Source: Candidatus Latescibacterota bacterium (GTDB lineage Bacteria; Latescibacterota; UBA2968; UBA8231). Taken from it: a DNA stretch of 64,000 nt. The notes under the pieces are model-generated. The model was not told where the DNA came from, did not search any database, and was given only the letters and a program-made list of their open reading frames with translations. The position numbers and the translations under genes were made by a program. Each line of letters begins with the position of its first letter. Within the stretch, counting starts at the first letter, position 1. Location: positions 2,336,001 through 2,400,000 of the forward strand of contig CBDETY010000003.1 in NCBI GenBank assembly GCA_965243025.1, read 5' to 3'. This document shows positions 1 through 9,660 of the stretch, piece after piece.

Positions 1-620
1 GCGGCGCGGGTGTGGGCGCCGATGTCGCGGGTGCCGGTGTGGCAGACCGTCACCGTGGCGTTGGCCCCCGGCCCCTTCTGCGCCAGCATGTTGGCCAGCG
101 GCCTGCCGACCAGGGTGCTGCGCCCGACGACGACGACGTGCTTTCCCGCCACCTCGATGCCGCTGCGGCTCAGCATCTGCACCACCCCGTGCGGGGTGCA
201 GGGGAGGAAGCCCTCCTCCTGGCGCACCATGCGGCCGAGGTTCACCGGGTGCAGGCCGTCGACGTCCTTGGCCGGAGCGACGGCGTTGAGGACGAGGCTC
301 TCGTCGAGGCCGTTCGGCAGGGGCAGCTGCACGAGGATTCCGTGGACGGCCTCGTCGGCGTTGAGGGCGGCGATCAGTTCCAGCAGCTCCTCCTGCGGGA
401 CATCGCCGGGAAGCCGGTGCTCGCGCGAGTGGACGGCGATCTTCCCGCATGCCCGGCGCTTCCCCTTGACGTAGGAGAGCGACGCCGGATCGTCGCCGGC
501 CAGCACCACCGCCAGCCCGGGGACGAGGCCGTGCCGGGCCTGGAGGTCGGCGACCTCCCGCCGCATCTCCTCCCCCATCCCCGCGGCTATCTCGTTTCCG
601 TCCAGGATTCGCGCCGTCAT
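1..620 (-). CDS. folD: Bifunctional methylenetetrahydrofolate dehydrogenase/cyclohydrolase (runs off the window edge, 3' end missing)
   Basis: Manual translation from ATG at 620: MTARILDGNEIA...GLAVVLAGDDPASLSYVKGK...HGILVQLPLP...KDVDGLHPVNLG...FLPCTPHG...VVVGRSTLVGRPLA, all FolD hallmark motifs. It is missing from the ORF track because no stop lies in the window. Confidence 0.95.
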   Translation of the reverse strand, partial: MTARILDGNEIAAGMGEEMRREVADLQARHGLVPGLAVVLAGDDPASLSYVKGKRRACGKIAVHSREHRLPGDVPQEELLELIAALNADEAVHGILVQLPLPNGLDESLVLNAVAPAKDVDGLHPVNLGRMVRQEEGFLPCTPHGVVQMLSRSGIEVAGKHVVVVGRSTLVGRPLANMLAQKGPGANATVTVCHTGTRDIGAHTRA

Positions 621-734
621 CGGGTCATCGGGGGCAGTGGTGAATCGCAGGCATCGGGAAACTGTCGGTTGGCTGTTGCTCGACCCGGGCGGAAGCGGTC
701 ATCGCTCGGCTGCGGGCGCCGCCGGCATGGGGCT

Positions 735-2087
735 TCAGCCCGCGGCGGTCGAGTCCCTGCCGACGGCGTCGCGGAGCGCCGCGGGGACCTTCACCGAACC
801 GTCGGCCTGCTGGTAGTTCTCGACGATGGAGATCAGCATCCGCCCCATGGCGCAGCCGGTGTCGTTGACGGTGTGGCAGAACCTCGGCCCGCCCTGTTTC
901 CCCTTGCAGCGGATGTTGAGGCGGCGGGCCTGGTAGTCGGTGGTGTTGGTGTCGGTCATGACCTCCATGAATTCGCCGCTGCCCGGCAGCCAGACCTCGA
1001 AGTCGCGCTGCCGGTGGCTGGCGAGGTAGCCGGCGTCGCCGCCGCACTTGTCGACCGACCGGTAGGGGAGCTCGAGGGTCTGCAGCAGCCACTCGTTGAT
1101 CTCGCCGAACTCCTCGTACATCTGCTCCGACTGCTCCGGGGCGCAGACCGAGTTCATCTCGATCTTGTCGAACTGGTGCACCCGCTTGATCCCCTTGACG
1201 TCCCTGCCCCAGGAGCCGGCCTCGGAGCGGAAGCAGGTGGTGGCGGCGAACACCCGGACCGGCAGCTCTTCCTCGGTCAGGGTGCGGTCCATGAAGTAGC
1301 TGAAGTTGGCCGGCTCCGAGGAGCCGACGAGGAACAGCTCCGTACCCTCCTCGACGTTGTGGGTTTCGATGGCGTACACCTGGTCGCGGCCCTCGGGGAA
1401 GTGGGAGGTCCCGTAGAGGGAGCGCTCGCGCACCAGCAGCGGCGGCACCATCATCTCGTAGCCGCGGCGCAGCAGCTCTCCGGACAGCAGCTGCTGCAGG
1501 CCGAACTGCATCAGGGCCGCGCCCCCGCGGATATAGGCGAAGCGGGAGCCGGAGACCTCGGAGGCCTGGGCGGTCTCCATGCCGATGGCAGGGCCGAGGT
1601 CGGCGTGCTGCCGCGGCGCGAACTCTTCCTCGGCGTGCACCGGCATCGCCGGCATGGAGGCGGCGCTGTGGTTGCCGCTTCCCAGCTCCTCGCCGGGACG
1701 GTACCCGGCACCCGGGATCCACACCTTCTCCTCGGGGTTGTCGGACTCGTCGTCGCCGTCGGGCATGTCGGGGTGGGGCCAGTTGGGGAACCAGTCGAGG
1801 ATCTGCTGCCACTCGCCGCTGACCTCGCCGAGTCCGGCCTCGAGCAGGCGCCCCTTCTCGCGCAGCTCCTGCCCCTTGCTGCGGGCGGCCTCGGGGTCGG
1901 TCCTGCCGAGCCGGGCGAGCTGCTTTTTCTCGCCGTTTACCTCGTCGATCTCCCCCTGCAACCGGCGGCGCTCCCCGTCGAGGGCGAGCCAGCGGTCGAC
2001 GTCGGCCTTGCCCGGGTCGACGCGGCGCAGGCGGATCGCCCGGCGCAGAGAATCGGGGTCGCGGCGTATGGTCCGTACGTCGATCAC
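735..2087 (-). CDS. serS: Seryl-tRNA synthetase (divergent type)
   Basis: N-terminal coiled-coil arm (MIDVRTIRRDPD...), motif 2 CFRSEAGSWGRD..RVHQFDKIEM, DYQARRLNIR, C-terminal ENYQQADGSVKVPAAL. Confidence 0.92.
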   Translation of the reverse strand: MIDVRTIRRDPDSLRRAIRLRRVDPGKADVDRWLALDGERRRLQGEIDEVNGEKKQLARLGRTDPEAARSKGQELREKGRLLEAGLGEVSGEWQQILDWFPNWPHPDMPDGDDESDNPEEKVWIPGAGYRPGEELGSGNHSAASMPAMPVHAEEEFAPRQHADLGPAIGMETAQASEVSGSRFAYIRGGAALMQFGLQQLLSGELLRRGYEMMVPPLLVRERSLYGTSHFPEGRDQVYAIETHNVEEGTELFLVGSSEPANFSYFMDRTLTEEELPVRVFAATTCFRSEAGSWGRDVKGIKRVHQFDKIEMNSVCAPEQSEQMYEEFGEINEWLLQTLELPYRSVDKCGGDAGYLASHRQRDFEVWLPGSGEFMEVMTDTNTTDYQARRLNIRCKGKQGGPRFCHTVNDTGCAMGRMLISIVENYQQADGSVKVPAALRDAVGRDSTAAG

Positions 2088-2214
2088 TTAGATTTCACGG
2101 GCTGCTGAAAAGCGTTTCCGCCGGCTGCTCGAGGGGGCCGGATCGCGTCCCGGCGGCCGCGGATTGAGCCGGCAGGAGGGTGGTCGCGCGGCCGCTGCAA
2201 ACTTAGGAGTTGCC

Positions 2215-2862
2215 TTGTACGCTGTCATCTTCGACGTCGACGGAGTGCTCGTCGACAGCGAGGGGATGAGCTGCGGCGCCTGGCTGCCGGTGCTGGGGCG
2301 CCGCGGAATCGCGGTCCGGCTCGCGGAAATCGAGGTTTTCATCGGCCGTAGCGACCGCGCCGTCCTCGATCACTTCCGGCGGCTGCACCCCGCCGCCGAT
2401 CTCGGGGATCACCTGATCGACGAGAAGGAGCAGGAGTTCTTCGCGGCCGCCCGCGGCCGCCTGCGGGCCTTTGCCGGGCTGAAGCGGGTGCTGCGAAGGC
2501 TCGAATCCGGGGGCGTGCCCATGGCCGTCGCCTCCTCCGGGCGCCACCGGAAGATCCGCTTCTCCCTGAAGACCGCCGGCCTCGGGGGGTTCTTCGACGC
2601 GGTCTGCAGCGCCTCCGACGTCGCGCGGGGCAAGCCGGCCCCGGACCTGTTCCTGCGCGCCGCCGGCCTCCTCGGGGCAGACCCGGGTATCTGCCGCGTC
2701 GTCGAGGACTCGGTGCCCGGGATCGCCGCGGCGAAGGCCGCGGGCATGAAGGCCCTGGGGTTCACCTCGTCGCACCCCGCCCGGGTGCTTCTCGATGCCG
2801 GCGCCGACGCCGTCTTCTCCCGCTACGAAGAGCTGCCGGACCTGCTGCCCGGGGAGAGTTAG
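2215..2862 (+). CDS. HAD-superfamily phosphatase (beta-PGM/CbbY-like)
   Basis: FDVDGVLVDSE (DxD), VASSG, GKPAPDLF and VEDSVPGI motifs. TTG start at 2215 follows an AGGAG RBS. Confidence 0.88.
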   Translation: MYAVIFDVDGVLVDSEGMSCGAWLPVLGRRGIAVRLAEIEVFIGRSDRAVLDHFRRLHPAADLGDHLIDEKEQEFFAAARGRLRAFAGLKRVLRRLESGGVPMAVASSGRHRKIRFSLKTAGLGGFFDAVCSASDVARGKPAPDLFLRAAGLLGADPGICRVVEDSVPGIAAAKAAGMKALGFTSSHPARVLLDAGADAVFSRYEELPDLLPGES

Positions 2863-2992
2863 TGCCCGGCGCGTGGTTCCGCGTCAATTCGGAAGCTCCA
2901 TAACGCCCCTGCGGCGAGCTCCCTGCTCTGCTGCTCTGGGAGAGTCGGCCCCGGGGGCAACCCCGAGCAGGTCCGGCCAATCCGCCGGCGCC

Positions 2993-3799
2993 CTACCGGA
3001 CCCAGTGGCGGAACAGGGGCTTGACGTCGTCGGGGAGCCCCTCGAACACCCCGCGAGGCACCGGGGGAACCAGGTTCTCCTTCAGTCCCCTTTCGTCGGC
3101 GAGCCGCCGGCGCTCGTCGCTGCCCGGCATCAGGCTGTCGAGGTTGAGCCACCAGGGGGCGAAGCGGATCGCCAGGCCGACCCGGGGCTCGTCCGACCGG
3201 TTGGGGGCGGCCGCGTGCCACAGCCGGCTGTCGAGCACGGCCACCGTGCCGGCCTCCCCGGTGAGGGCGGTCTCCCCCTCGAGAACGGCCTGCGGATCGA
3301 CGCCGTTGCCGCCGCTGGGGTTGTCCGGCCTGCGGTGGCTTCCCGGGGCCACGAGGGTGCCGCCGTTCTCCCGGGTGAACGGGGACAGCATCCACAGGGT
3401 CGTCAGGTGCATGACCATGTCGGGGTACGGCTGCTCTATGTGCCCGCCGTTGCGCTGGTTGAACGGCCAGTCGGCGTGCCAGTCGCCGCGGTCGTTGCCC
3501 GGGTAGTTGACGATCGAGGAGGTGTAGGAGACCCGGTAATGCTCCCCCAGCAGGTCCAGACAGAGGCCGGCGAGCCTAGCATCGATAAGGTAGGGGGTGA
3601 AGGACTGGCTGTAGCGGATCAGCCCGGAGACCGCGCCGATGTTGGGCGGCGCGTCCCGGCGCTCCTGCCGGTGGATGTCGACGGCGCCCAGGACATCGGC
3701 GCGCACCGCCCCGACCTCGTCCGTCGGAATCACCCCTTCGAGGAGGCAGAACCCCCGCTCTGCCAGCTGGCCGCGGAGTTCATCAGGGATCCGGTTCAT
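2993..3799 (-). CDS. Phytanoyl-CoA dioxygenase (PhyH) family Fe/2OG oxygenase
   Basis: GF..LEGV start, WHADW (HxD), NGGTLVAPGSH, distal LWHAAAPNRS..R. Confidence 0.9.
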   Translation of the reverse strand: MNRIPDELRGQLAERGFCLLEGVIPTDEVGAVRADVLGAVDIHRQERRDAPPNIGAVSGLIRYSQSFTPYLIDARLAGLCLDLLGEHYRVSYTSSIVNYPGNDRGDWHADWPFNQRNGGHIEQPYPDMVMHLTTLWMLSPFTRENGGTLVAPGSHRRPDNPSGGNGVDPQAVLEGETALTGEAGTVAVLDSRLWHAAAPNRSDEPRVGLAIRFAPWWLNLDSLMPGSDERRRLADERGLKENLVPPVPRGVFEGLPDDVKPLFRHWVR

Positions 3800-3917
3800 C
3801 TTGGAATCGCCAAACTGAGGCGGCTTTGCTGCCCCATGTGCTCACAATGTATGAACATGACTTGCTCCAATGGTTGAAACCCCACTGATGCTCCGGACCT
3901 GGTTCGCCCGCGGCGGG

Positions 3918-5183
3918 TCATGCCGGCTGCGCCGCGGCTCCCTTGAGCTCCGCGATGCGGGCGGGCCGGAAGTACGCTGAGAACAGCGCGGTCCCCAGGA
4001 CACTGGCGACCGCGGCAATCGCGAACAAGGTCCCGTACCCGGAAGCGGCGATCACCTGCCCCCCGAAGCCCCCGGTCAGCATGAAGGAGAACCCCATCGC
4101 CATCGAGCTGACCGCGGCCATCCCCGGCCGCCAGCGCGCCTCCACGATCTCCTGCTGGAAGACGGTCAGGACCGGCAGGCGGATCGCCGACAGCGCATGC
4201 ACGAGAAAGACGGTGCAGGCCGCCCCCGCCCAGTTGCCCGACAGCATGACCGGCAGCAGCGCGGCCCCCGCAAGCAGCGAGGTGGCGGCGATGGTCGTCC
4301 GCTGGCCCCGCGAGGCGACGATCAGCGGCGTCGACAGGGCGGCCAGTCCGCTCACCAGCATGGCGGTCGCGGAGACGGCTCCGATCAGCGCCGTCGGCTC
4401 CCCGAGGAAGTCGTCCATGTAGACGTTGAAGAAGGTCTGCTGGGTCGCCATGGAGATGGCGCAGAGGAAGCCGGCCCCCGCCACCGCGGCCATGGGACCG
4501 CGGGGACGCGGCGATACCCCACGCGCGCCCGCGCCTGCGGGCAAGTCCTCCGCCTGTCTGGTGGCGGCGACGGCGAGAGCGGCCGGGACGATCATGGCCG
4601 CGGCGAAAAACAGCGGATACCGGTAGGGAGCCGGCGCGTCGAGGGAGGTCCCGGTCAGGGCGGCGATGGTCCCGGGAAGCACCCCTCCGACGAGGTTGCC
4701 GGCAAACCCGGCGATCGGCCACATCGCCGCCTGCACCGAGAACACGTGGGTGCGCTCGACCCGGGTCGTGATGGACAGCAGAAAGGGGCCGGCGTTGACG
4801 ATGGAGAGGGCGAAACCGAAGGCCCGCGGCAGGCGGGCCAATATCAGCCAGTGCGCCTGCCATTCGCGCGGCATGAACTCGGCGAAGGGCAGCATCGAGT
4901 TGCCGACGGCGATGAGCGCCAGGCCGAGGACGATCATCCGGCGCGGGCCCCAGCGTCTTCCCATCGCCCCGGCCGGAAGGCAGAGGAGGGCGTAGGAGGC
5001 CGCCCCTGTGGCGTTGACGAAGCCGACGAACCCGATGTCGTACCCGAGGCGCAGCAGGTAGATGTTGAGAAGCAGGTTGTAGATGCCGCTGGAGGAGGCG
5101 AACCCCACCAGGGCGCCGCTCAGCAGGTAGAGGCGTACGTCGCGGTTGAACGAGCGGACGATCTCTAGGTATTCGCGCAGCAA
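3918..5183 (-). CDS. MFS transporter
   Basis: About 12 hydrophobic segments; GAMGRRWGPRR loop resembles MFS motif A. Confidence 0.85.
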   Translation of the reverse strand: MLREYLEIVRSFNRDVRLYLLSGALVGFASSSGIYNLLLNIYLLRLGYDIGFVGFVNATGAASYALLCLPAGAMGRRWGPRRMIVLGLALIAVGNSMLPFAEFMPREWQAHWLILARLPRAFGFALSIVNAGPFLLSITTRVERTHVFSVQAAMWPIAGFAGNLVGGVLPGTIAALTGTSLDAPAPYRYPLFFAAAMIVPAALAVAATRQAEDLPAGAGARGVSPRPRGPMAAVAGAGFLCAISMATQQTFFNVYMDDFLGEPTALIGAVSATAMLVSGLAALSTPLIVASRGQRTTIAATSLLAGAALLPVMLSGNWAGAACTVFLVHALSAIRLPVLTVFQQEIVEARWRPGMAAVSSMAMGFSFMLTGGFGGQVIAASGYGTLFAIAAVASVLGTALFSAYFRPARIAELKGAAAQPA

Positions 5184-5435
5184 CTAATGCCCTGTCCCAT
5201 CGATATCTTCCGCCGATCCACCCCGCCCTGGCGGCCGAATTGTTGCAGTCTGTTCCGTGAGCGGATCGCAGCTTCCCGGCTCTGAACAGGCTGCGGGGGA
5301 GATTCCGCGGCAGAGTTTCCCGGCTCGCAAGTGCCGTCGAGGATGGATTCGCGAAATGGCCGGGAGGATTCAGGCGGGACGACACCGGGTGGCAGCGCGA
5401 GGCCGCTGTTCCCGCCCCGCGGCTGCCCGCTGCCC

Positions 5436-6293
5436 CTATCTCGCGAAGGTCGAGCTCTTCAGGACGGTCTGGGTCTCGTAGATCGAGCCGGGCCTCTGGG
5501 CGGGGGGAAGGGGCAGGCGCCATGGGACCTCTTCCATGCGCGGCTCCAGGACCGGCTCGCCGCGCACGTACGAGGCGCAGTATTGATCCCAGTCGAGCTG
5601 CTGGCAGAGGGGCCAGGAGTCCCCGGCGCAGTACTGGAGCAGCAGCAGGCGCCGGGGATTGGCCGAGGAGTTGGGCAGCGAAGCGTGCAGGGCGCGCACG
5701 TGGTGGAGGGAGATGCCGCCGGCCTCCACCTCGATCAGCTCGGCCTTCGAATCGTCGAACCCGGCCTCGGTGACGGCGCCGGCGAAGCAGCCGTCCTGGT
5801 GGTGGTCCCGGATCTTCCCCTTGTGGGAGCCGGGGATGACCATCAGGCAGCCGTTCTGCTCGGTCATGTCGTCGATGGCCACGCCGACGGCGAGCAGGTC
5901 GTCGTTGGTGTGCGGGTAGAAGGCCCAGTCCTGGTGCCAGTGGACGGGGCTGCCGAACTCCCCCGACTTCATGTTGAGTTTGTCGCCGTTGGTGCGGATC
6001 GCGTCCCCCCCGATCAGCTGGGCGACGATGTCGAGGATGCGGTCGTTGCGCAGGGCCCCGTCGTACGCCGGATGCGCCTTCACCGGGCTCTTGAGGCGGC
6101 GCAGCCTGGGGAACTCCGGGGTGTGGTCGGGCTCGAGGTCGAAGACCCCGTCGTGCTCGGTCACTTCCCGCGACTTCTCGACGAACTCGTCGGTGACCCG
6201 GCGCAGCCCGGCGACTTCGGCCGCGGTCAGGACCCCTTCGACGCTGCAGTATCCCTTTTCGTGGTACGCTTCGATTTCCTGTCGGGAAAGCAT
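5436..6293 (-). CDS. PhyH family Fe/2OG oxygenase
   Basis: WHQDW, NGCLMVIPGSH, ALHASLPNSS..RR. Confidence 0.92.
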   Translation of the reverse strand: MLSRQEIEAYHEKGYCSVEGVLTAAEVAGLRRVTDEFVEKSREVTEHDGVFDLEPDHTPEFPRLRRLKSPVKAHPAYDGALRNDRILDIVAQLIGGDAIRTNGDKLNMKSGEFGSPVHWHQDWAFYPHTNDDLLAVGVAIDDMTEQNGCLMVIPGSHKGKIRDHHQDGCFAGAVTEAGFDDSKAELIEVEAGGISLHHVRALHASLPNSSANPRRLLLLQYCAGDSWPLCQQLDWDQYCASYVRGEPVLEPRMEEVPWRLPLPPAQRPGSIYETQTVLKSSTFAR

Positions 6294-6303
6294 CTCTTCT
6301 CAC

Positions 6304-7047
6304 CTATTTGAGTTTGACGATTTCGCGCTGCGCGGCGCTCAGACGAGCGTCGAGGCCGGGGCTGAAGCGCAGCCCCTGGCCCCCCCAGTCGGGCATGTAA
6401 CCCGTGCTGTAACAATAATAAAGGGTCCGTCTCGGACGGCGGGAAGTGTTGACGGTGGAACCGTGCGTCAGGGCTTCGGTGAAGACGATGGCGTCCCCGG
6501 CCTTGGCCGGCAGCGGCACCAGGGCCGGGTCCTCGTCCGGGTGCGGTCCCCAGGGCCGCGGGAAGTTCGCCTTGTGGGTGCCGGGAACCACGGCGAAGCA
6601 GCCGTCTTCCGGCCCGCAGTCGACGGCGGGGAACACCGCCTTGGTCAGCGTCGACACCATCTGCCCGTTGTGGCAGCGGTACTGGCACTTCGGGTTGACC
6701 GGGGTGCCGTGCATGTGCATGTGCGTGAACCCGCCTCCCCAGCGATAGATGGCGTAGGTGTGGTTCAGGCGCCAGGGGCCCCCGGTGACGGCTTCGACCA
6801 CGTCGAGGACCTCGGGAAGCTCCATCAGCGGCAGCATGGCCGCGTCCGCTTCCATGATGTTGGAGATGTAGAGCTCCTGCCCGGTCTTATCCGTGCCGAG
6901 GACCAGGGGCTCGGGGTACTCCTCCGGGTCCATCCCCTCGAAGCGGTCGAGCACCTCGTTGGCGGCGGCTACCAGCTCGGGCGGGACCACCTGCTCGAGC
7001 AGGATGTAGCCGTTGAGGTCGAACAGGTAGGTCTGCTCCGCGTTCAT
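6304..7047 (-). CDS. PhyH-like Fe/2OG oxygenase with non-canonical iron triad
   Basis: Start re-placed at MNAEQTYLFDLNGY (7047). It has DGCFAVVPGTHK and EALTHGS...RR, but the HxD position reads THMHMHGTP. Confidence 0.85.
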   Translation of the reverse strand: MNAEQTYLFDLNGYILLEQVVPPELVAAANEVLDRFEGMDPEEYPEPLVLGTDKTGQELYISNIMEADAAMLPLMELPEVLDVVEAVTGGPWRLNHTYAIYRWGGGFTHMHMHGTPVNPKCQYRCHNGQMVSTLTKAVFPAVDCGPEDGCFAVVPGTHKANFPRPWGPHPDEDPALVPLPAKAGDAIVFTEALTHGSTVNTSRRPRRTLYYCYSTGYMPDWGGQGLRFSPGLDARLSAAQREIVKLK

Positions 7048-7118
7048 TTCGGTTTCCGGGCTCCTCTCCGGTTGAAGGTCATTCCCCGCTCTCGCAACCC
7101 GGCAGCCGGACGGGCTTT

Positions 7119-8351
7119 TCACTCGGCTGCCAGGTCCCCCTCCAGGCCGGCCCCCCAGGCGAGCAGCTCCTCGTCGCGGCCCATGGGAGCGATGAACTGG
7201 ATCCCCAGGGGCATGCCCGAATCCGAGGACTCTCCCGCGGGCAGCCCCAGCACCGGCATCCCGGCGTGGGTCCAGGGCAGGTTCATGCTCGGGTCTCCGG
7301 TGGTCGCCAGTCCCTTCGGGGCCGGTCCGGTGGCCGCCGGACAGGCCCAGAGGTCGACCCCTTCCGCGGCCATCAGGGCCTCGAGCTCCTGGCGCAGCCC
7401 GCCTCTGCCGCGGCGGGCGTTTTCGAGCGCCGCCCGCGGCACGGAGCGGCCCTGCTCGACCAGGGCGGCGGTGCCCTCGTCGTAGAGGCCGGCGTGCTCG
7501 TCGAACCAGGGCTCGTGGACCCGGGCCATCTCCGCGGCCATCATCTGCCGGTGGCGGTAGTCGATCTCCTCGATGTCCGCCAACGCCGGCACCTCGGCGA
7601 CTTCGTACCCGGCACCCCGCAGGAGCTCCAGCTGGTTCTCGAAATCCTCCCGGGCAGCCGGCTCGGTCTGGTCGAGATAGGGGCCCTCCGGAATCCCGAG
7701 GACCGGCCGGCCCGGGGCGGAAACGCCCGCCCGCCACTCGCCGCATAGGACGGAAGCGGCCCGTCCCGCGGTTGCCGCGTCCCGGGTGAAGGTGCCGATG
7801 GTGTCGACCGACGGCGAGCAGTGGATGAACCCGGAGATGTCGATGCGGCCGTAGCCCGGCTTGAAGCCGGCGATCCCGCAGAAAGCCGCCGGCCGCACGA
7901 TCGAACCGATGGTTTGCGAGCCGAGCGCCAGCGGGCAGTACCCGGCGGCAACGGCCGCGGCCGAACCGCTGCTCGAGCCTCCGGGGGTGTGCTCGAGGTT
8001 GATGGGATTGCGCGTCGCCGCCGGCTTGAAGCAGGCGAACTCCGTGGTCACCGACTTGCCGAGCACCAGGGCCCCCGCCCGCCGCAGCGCCCGGATGCAC
8101 CCGGCTTCCGGTCCGGCGAGCACCCCGGCGGGCAGCTGCGAGCCGGCGCGGGTCTCGAACCCGTCGACGTGGATGATGTCCTTGACGGCGACCAGCCTGC
8201 CGTACAGGGGCATGCCGGCGCCGGCTTCCGCGGGCAGCCGGGCGGCCTCCTCCAGCAGGCGGGAGCGGCGGTCCGCCTCGGGCAGCAGCGCGCGGATGTC
8301 GCTGTCGAGCGCCTCTATGCGGCTGCAGGCCTCACCTATCTCTTCCCTCAT
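7119..8351 (-). CDS. Amidase signature family protein
   Basis: VAVKD, TPGGSSSGSAAAVAAG, LGSQTIGSIVRPAAFCG (Lys-Ser-Ser triad). Likely start MREEIG at 8351. Confidence 0.92.
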   Translation of the reverse strand: MREEIGEACSRIEALDSDIRALLPEADRRSRLLEEAARLPAEAGAGMPLYGRLVAVKDIIHVDGFETRAGSQLPAGVLAGPEAGCIRALRRAGALVLGKSVTTEFACFKPAATRNPINLEHTPGGSSSGSAAAVAAGYCPLALGSQTIGSIVRPAAFCGIAGFKPGYGRIDISGFIHCSPSVDTIGTFTRDAATAGRAASVLCGEWRAGVSAPGRPVLGIPEGPYLDQTEPAAREDFENQLELLRGAGYEVAEVPALADIEEIDYRHRQMMAAEMARVHEPWFDEHAGLYDEGTAALVEQGRSVPRAALENARRGRGGLRQELEALMAAEGVDLWACPAATGPAPKGLATTGDPSMNLPWTHAGMPVLGLPAGESSDSGMPLGIQFIAPMGRDEELLAWGAGLEGDLAAE

Positions 8352-8433
8352 GCCCGGCCTCCCCCGCAAGCCTGCGGAATCCGCGCCCGGTTCCACGCGC
8401 CCGTTGGAGTATCCCATCCGTCCTGCCTCCGCG

Positions 8434-9330
8434 TCACTTCTTCCGGGGGCGTTTCTTCGCCGCCTTCTTCGGCGGTTTCCATTTCGCGAGGTGGCCCTGC
8501 CAGCTTTTCTCCAGCTCCCCCCTGATCGCCTTGACGTCGCGGAAGCGGTCGCCGAACACCGACAGGTGGTAGCCGCCGGGGATCTGCTCCGGGCAGACGA
8601 ACAGCTCGCGGCCCGGTGTCGCCGCCTTGAGCCAGAGCGCCAGCAGCTTGTCGGCGAACTCCATGCAGTCGATGAACTCCGGTGTCAGCCTGCCCCCCGG
8701 GCCGAGGGCGGGGATCATCGCGTGGTGCCCGTTGAAGGGGCGGAAGTGGATCTGGTTGGCGAGCTGCACGAGGTCGGGGCGCTCGACGAGGCGCTTGAAG
8801 TAGGGGGGCGACAGGTGCTTGACGACCGCGGGGTGGGAGAAATCCCAGGTCATCTTCAACGGCCGCTTCTCCTCCTTCTCGAACCCCTCGGCCAGGGCGT
8901 AGGTCTTCTCCGGGGTCTCCGTGCAGGTGTCGCGGTGGACCTCGATCGACACATCCATTTCGAGCTCGTCGGCGACGCGCATGACCTCGCGGGCGCAGGC
9001 GACCGCCTCCGCGGTGCCGGTGTCGTGGTCGAGCATCTGCACGTTGACGACGCGGGCGTTGTACTTCCTGATCCGCTTGAGCTTGCGCTCCACCTCCTTC
9101 GGCCCGCCCATGTCGGTGGTGCAGGCGAAGATGAGCCCTGACTCGGCGACCACTTCGGGCGGGAACATGATGACGCGCCCGAGGAAGCCGTCGAAGCCGG
9201 CGTTCTTTATGCGCTTCAGCTTCTGGGGGAACGTCCATTCCACCCCCTTGGTGCCGTACCCGAGCAGGGTGCCGACCGAGCACATGTGGCGCAGGACCGG
9301 GGGTTCGGCCTGCTGTTTCGATTTTGCCAT
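8434..9330 (-). CDS. Xylose isomerase-like TIM barrel (sugar phosphate isomerase/epimerase family)
   Basis: IEVHR, WDFSH, IHFR and CPE metal-binding pattern; AAGGAG RBS. Confidence 0.7.
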   Translation of the reverse strand: MAKSKQQAEPPVLRHMCSVGTLLGYGTKGVEWTFPQKLKRIKNAGFDGFLGRVIMFPPEVVAESGLIFACTTDMGGPKEVERKLKRIRKYNARVVNVQMLDHDTGTAEAVACAREVMRVADELEMDVSIEVHRDTCTETPEKTYALAEGFEKEEKRPLKMTWDFSHPAVVKHLSPPYFKRLVERPDLVQLANQIHFRPFNGHHAMIPALGPGGRLTPEFIDCMEFADKLLALWLKAATPGRELFVCPEQIPGGYHLSVFGDRFRDVKAIRGELEKSWQGHLAKWKPPKKAAKKRPRKK

Positions 9331-9544
9331 GAGATCTCCTTCCCTGTGTGAACCCGCCGGCGCCCGGCATGCGAAGCGCAGCGGGGGCGACCTGAATGGT
9401 ATTGGTACTTGTCAGTTGGTTAAAGGTTGAAGCAACAGCAGCAGCACTGATCCGGCACCGGGCGCGACGACTCCTGCCCGGAAATCTACATCAATGCCGC
9501 ACGAGCCGATAATCATGCACGTACAGTAATCCGTCGCAGTGATC

Positions 9545-9660
9545 ATTTACCCGACTCTGTTCGAGCTGTACCGCCAGCATCTCAAGGGAGGGTTGCGGGA
9601 GCCAGGCGTGCGCGCGATGATCCTCTACTCTACAAACCCGCGGCTGCAAACTCACCAGCT
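9545..9660 (+). pseudogene. Short remnant of a DEAD/DEAH-box helicase gene (motif Ia region)
   Basis: Translates IYPTLFELYRQHLKGGLREPGVRAMILYSTNPRLQTHQ, resembling the PGVRALILYPMNALANDQ segment of large DEAD/DEAH helicases. The open frame is only 56 aa (9539-9709). Confidence 0.5.

Noticed and set aside
12-2108. Long antisense or alternative-frame ORFs (e.g. 12-2108, 3796-6303, 19541-21883, 23563-25641, 53786-56449, 56510-59152)
   Set aside because: They are shadows of real genes in GC-rich DNA, with no recognisable motifs.
2945-2985. GCAA-loop hairpin followed by CAGGTCCGG, resembling SRP RNA
   Set aside because: It lacks the GGAAGGAAGCAGC core; more likely a hairpin between convergent genes.
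5270-5370. Multi-stem intergenic sequence upstream of the MFS gene
   Set aside because: No known riboswitch motif, and such pairing is expected by chance at this GC content.
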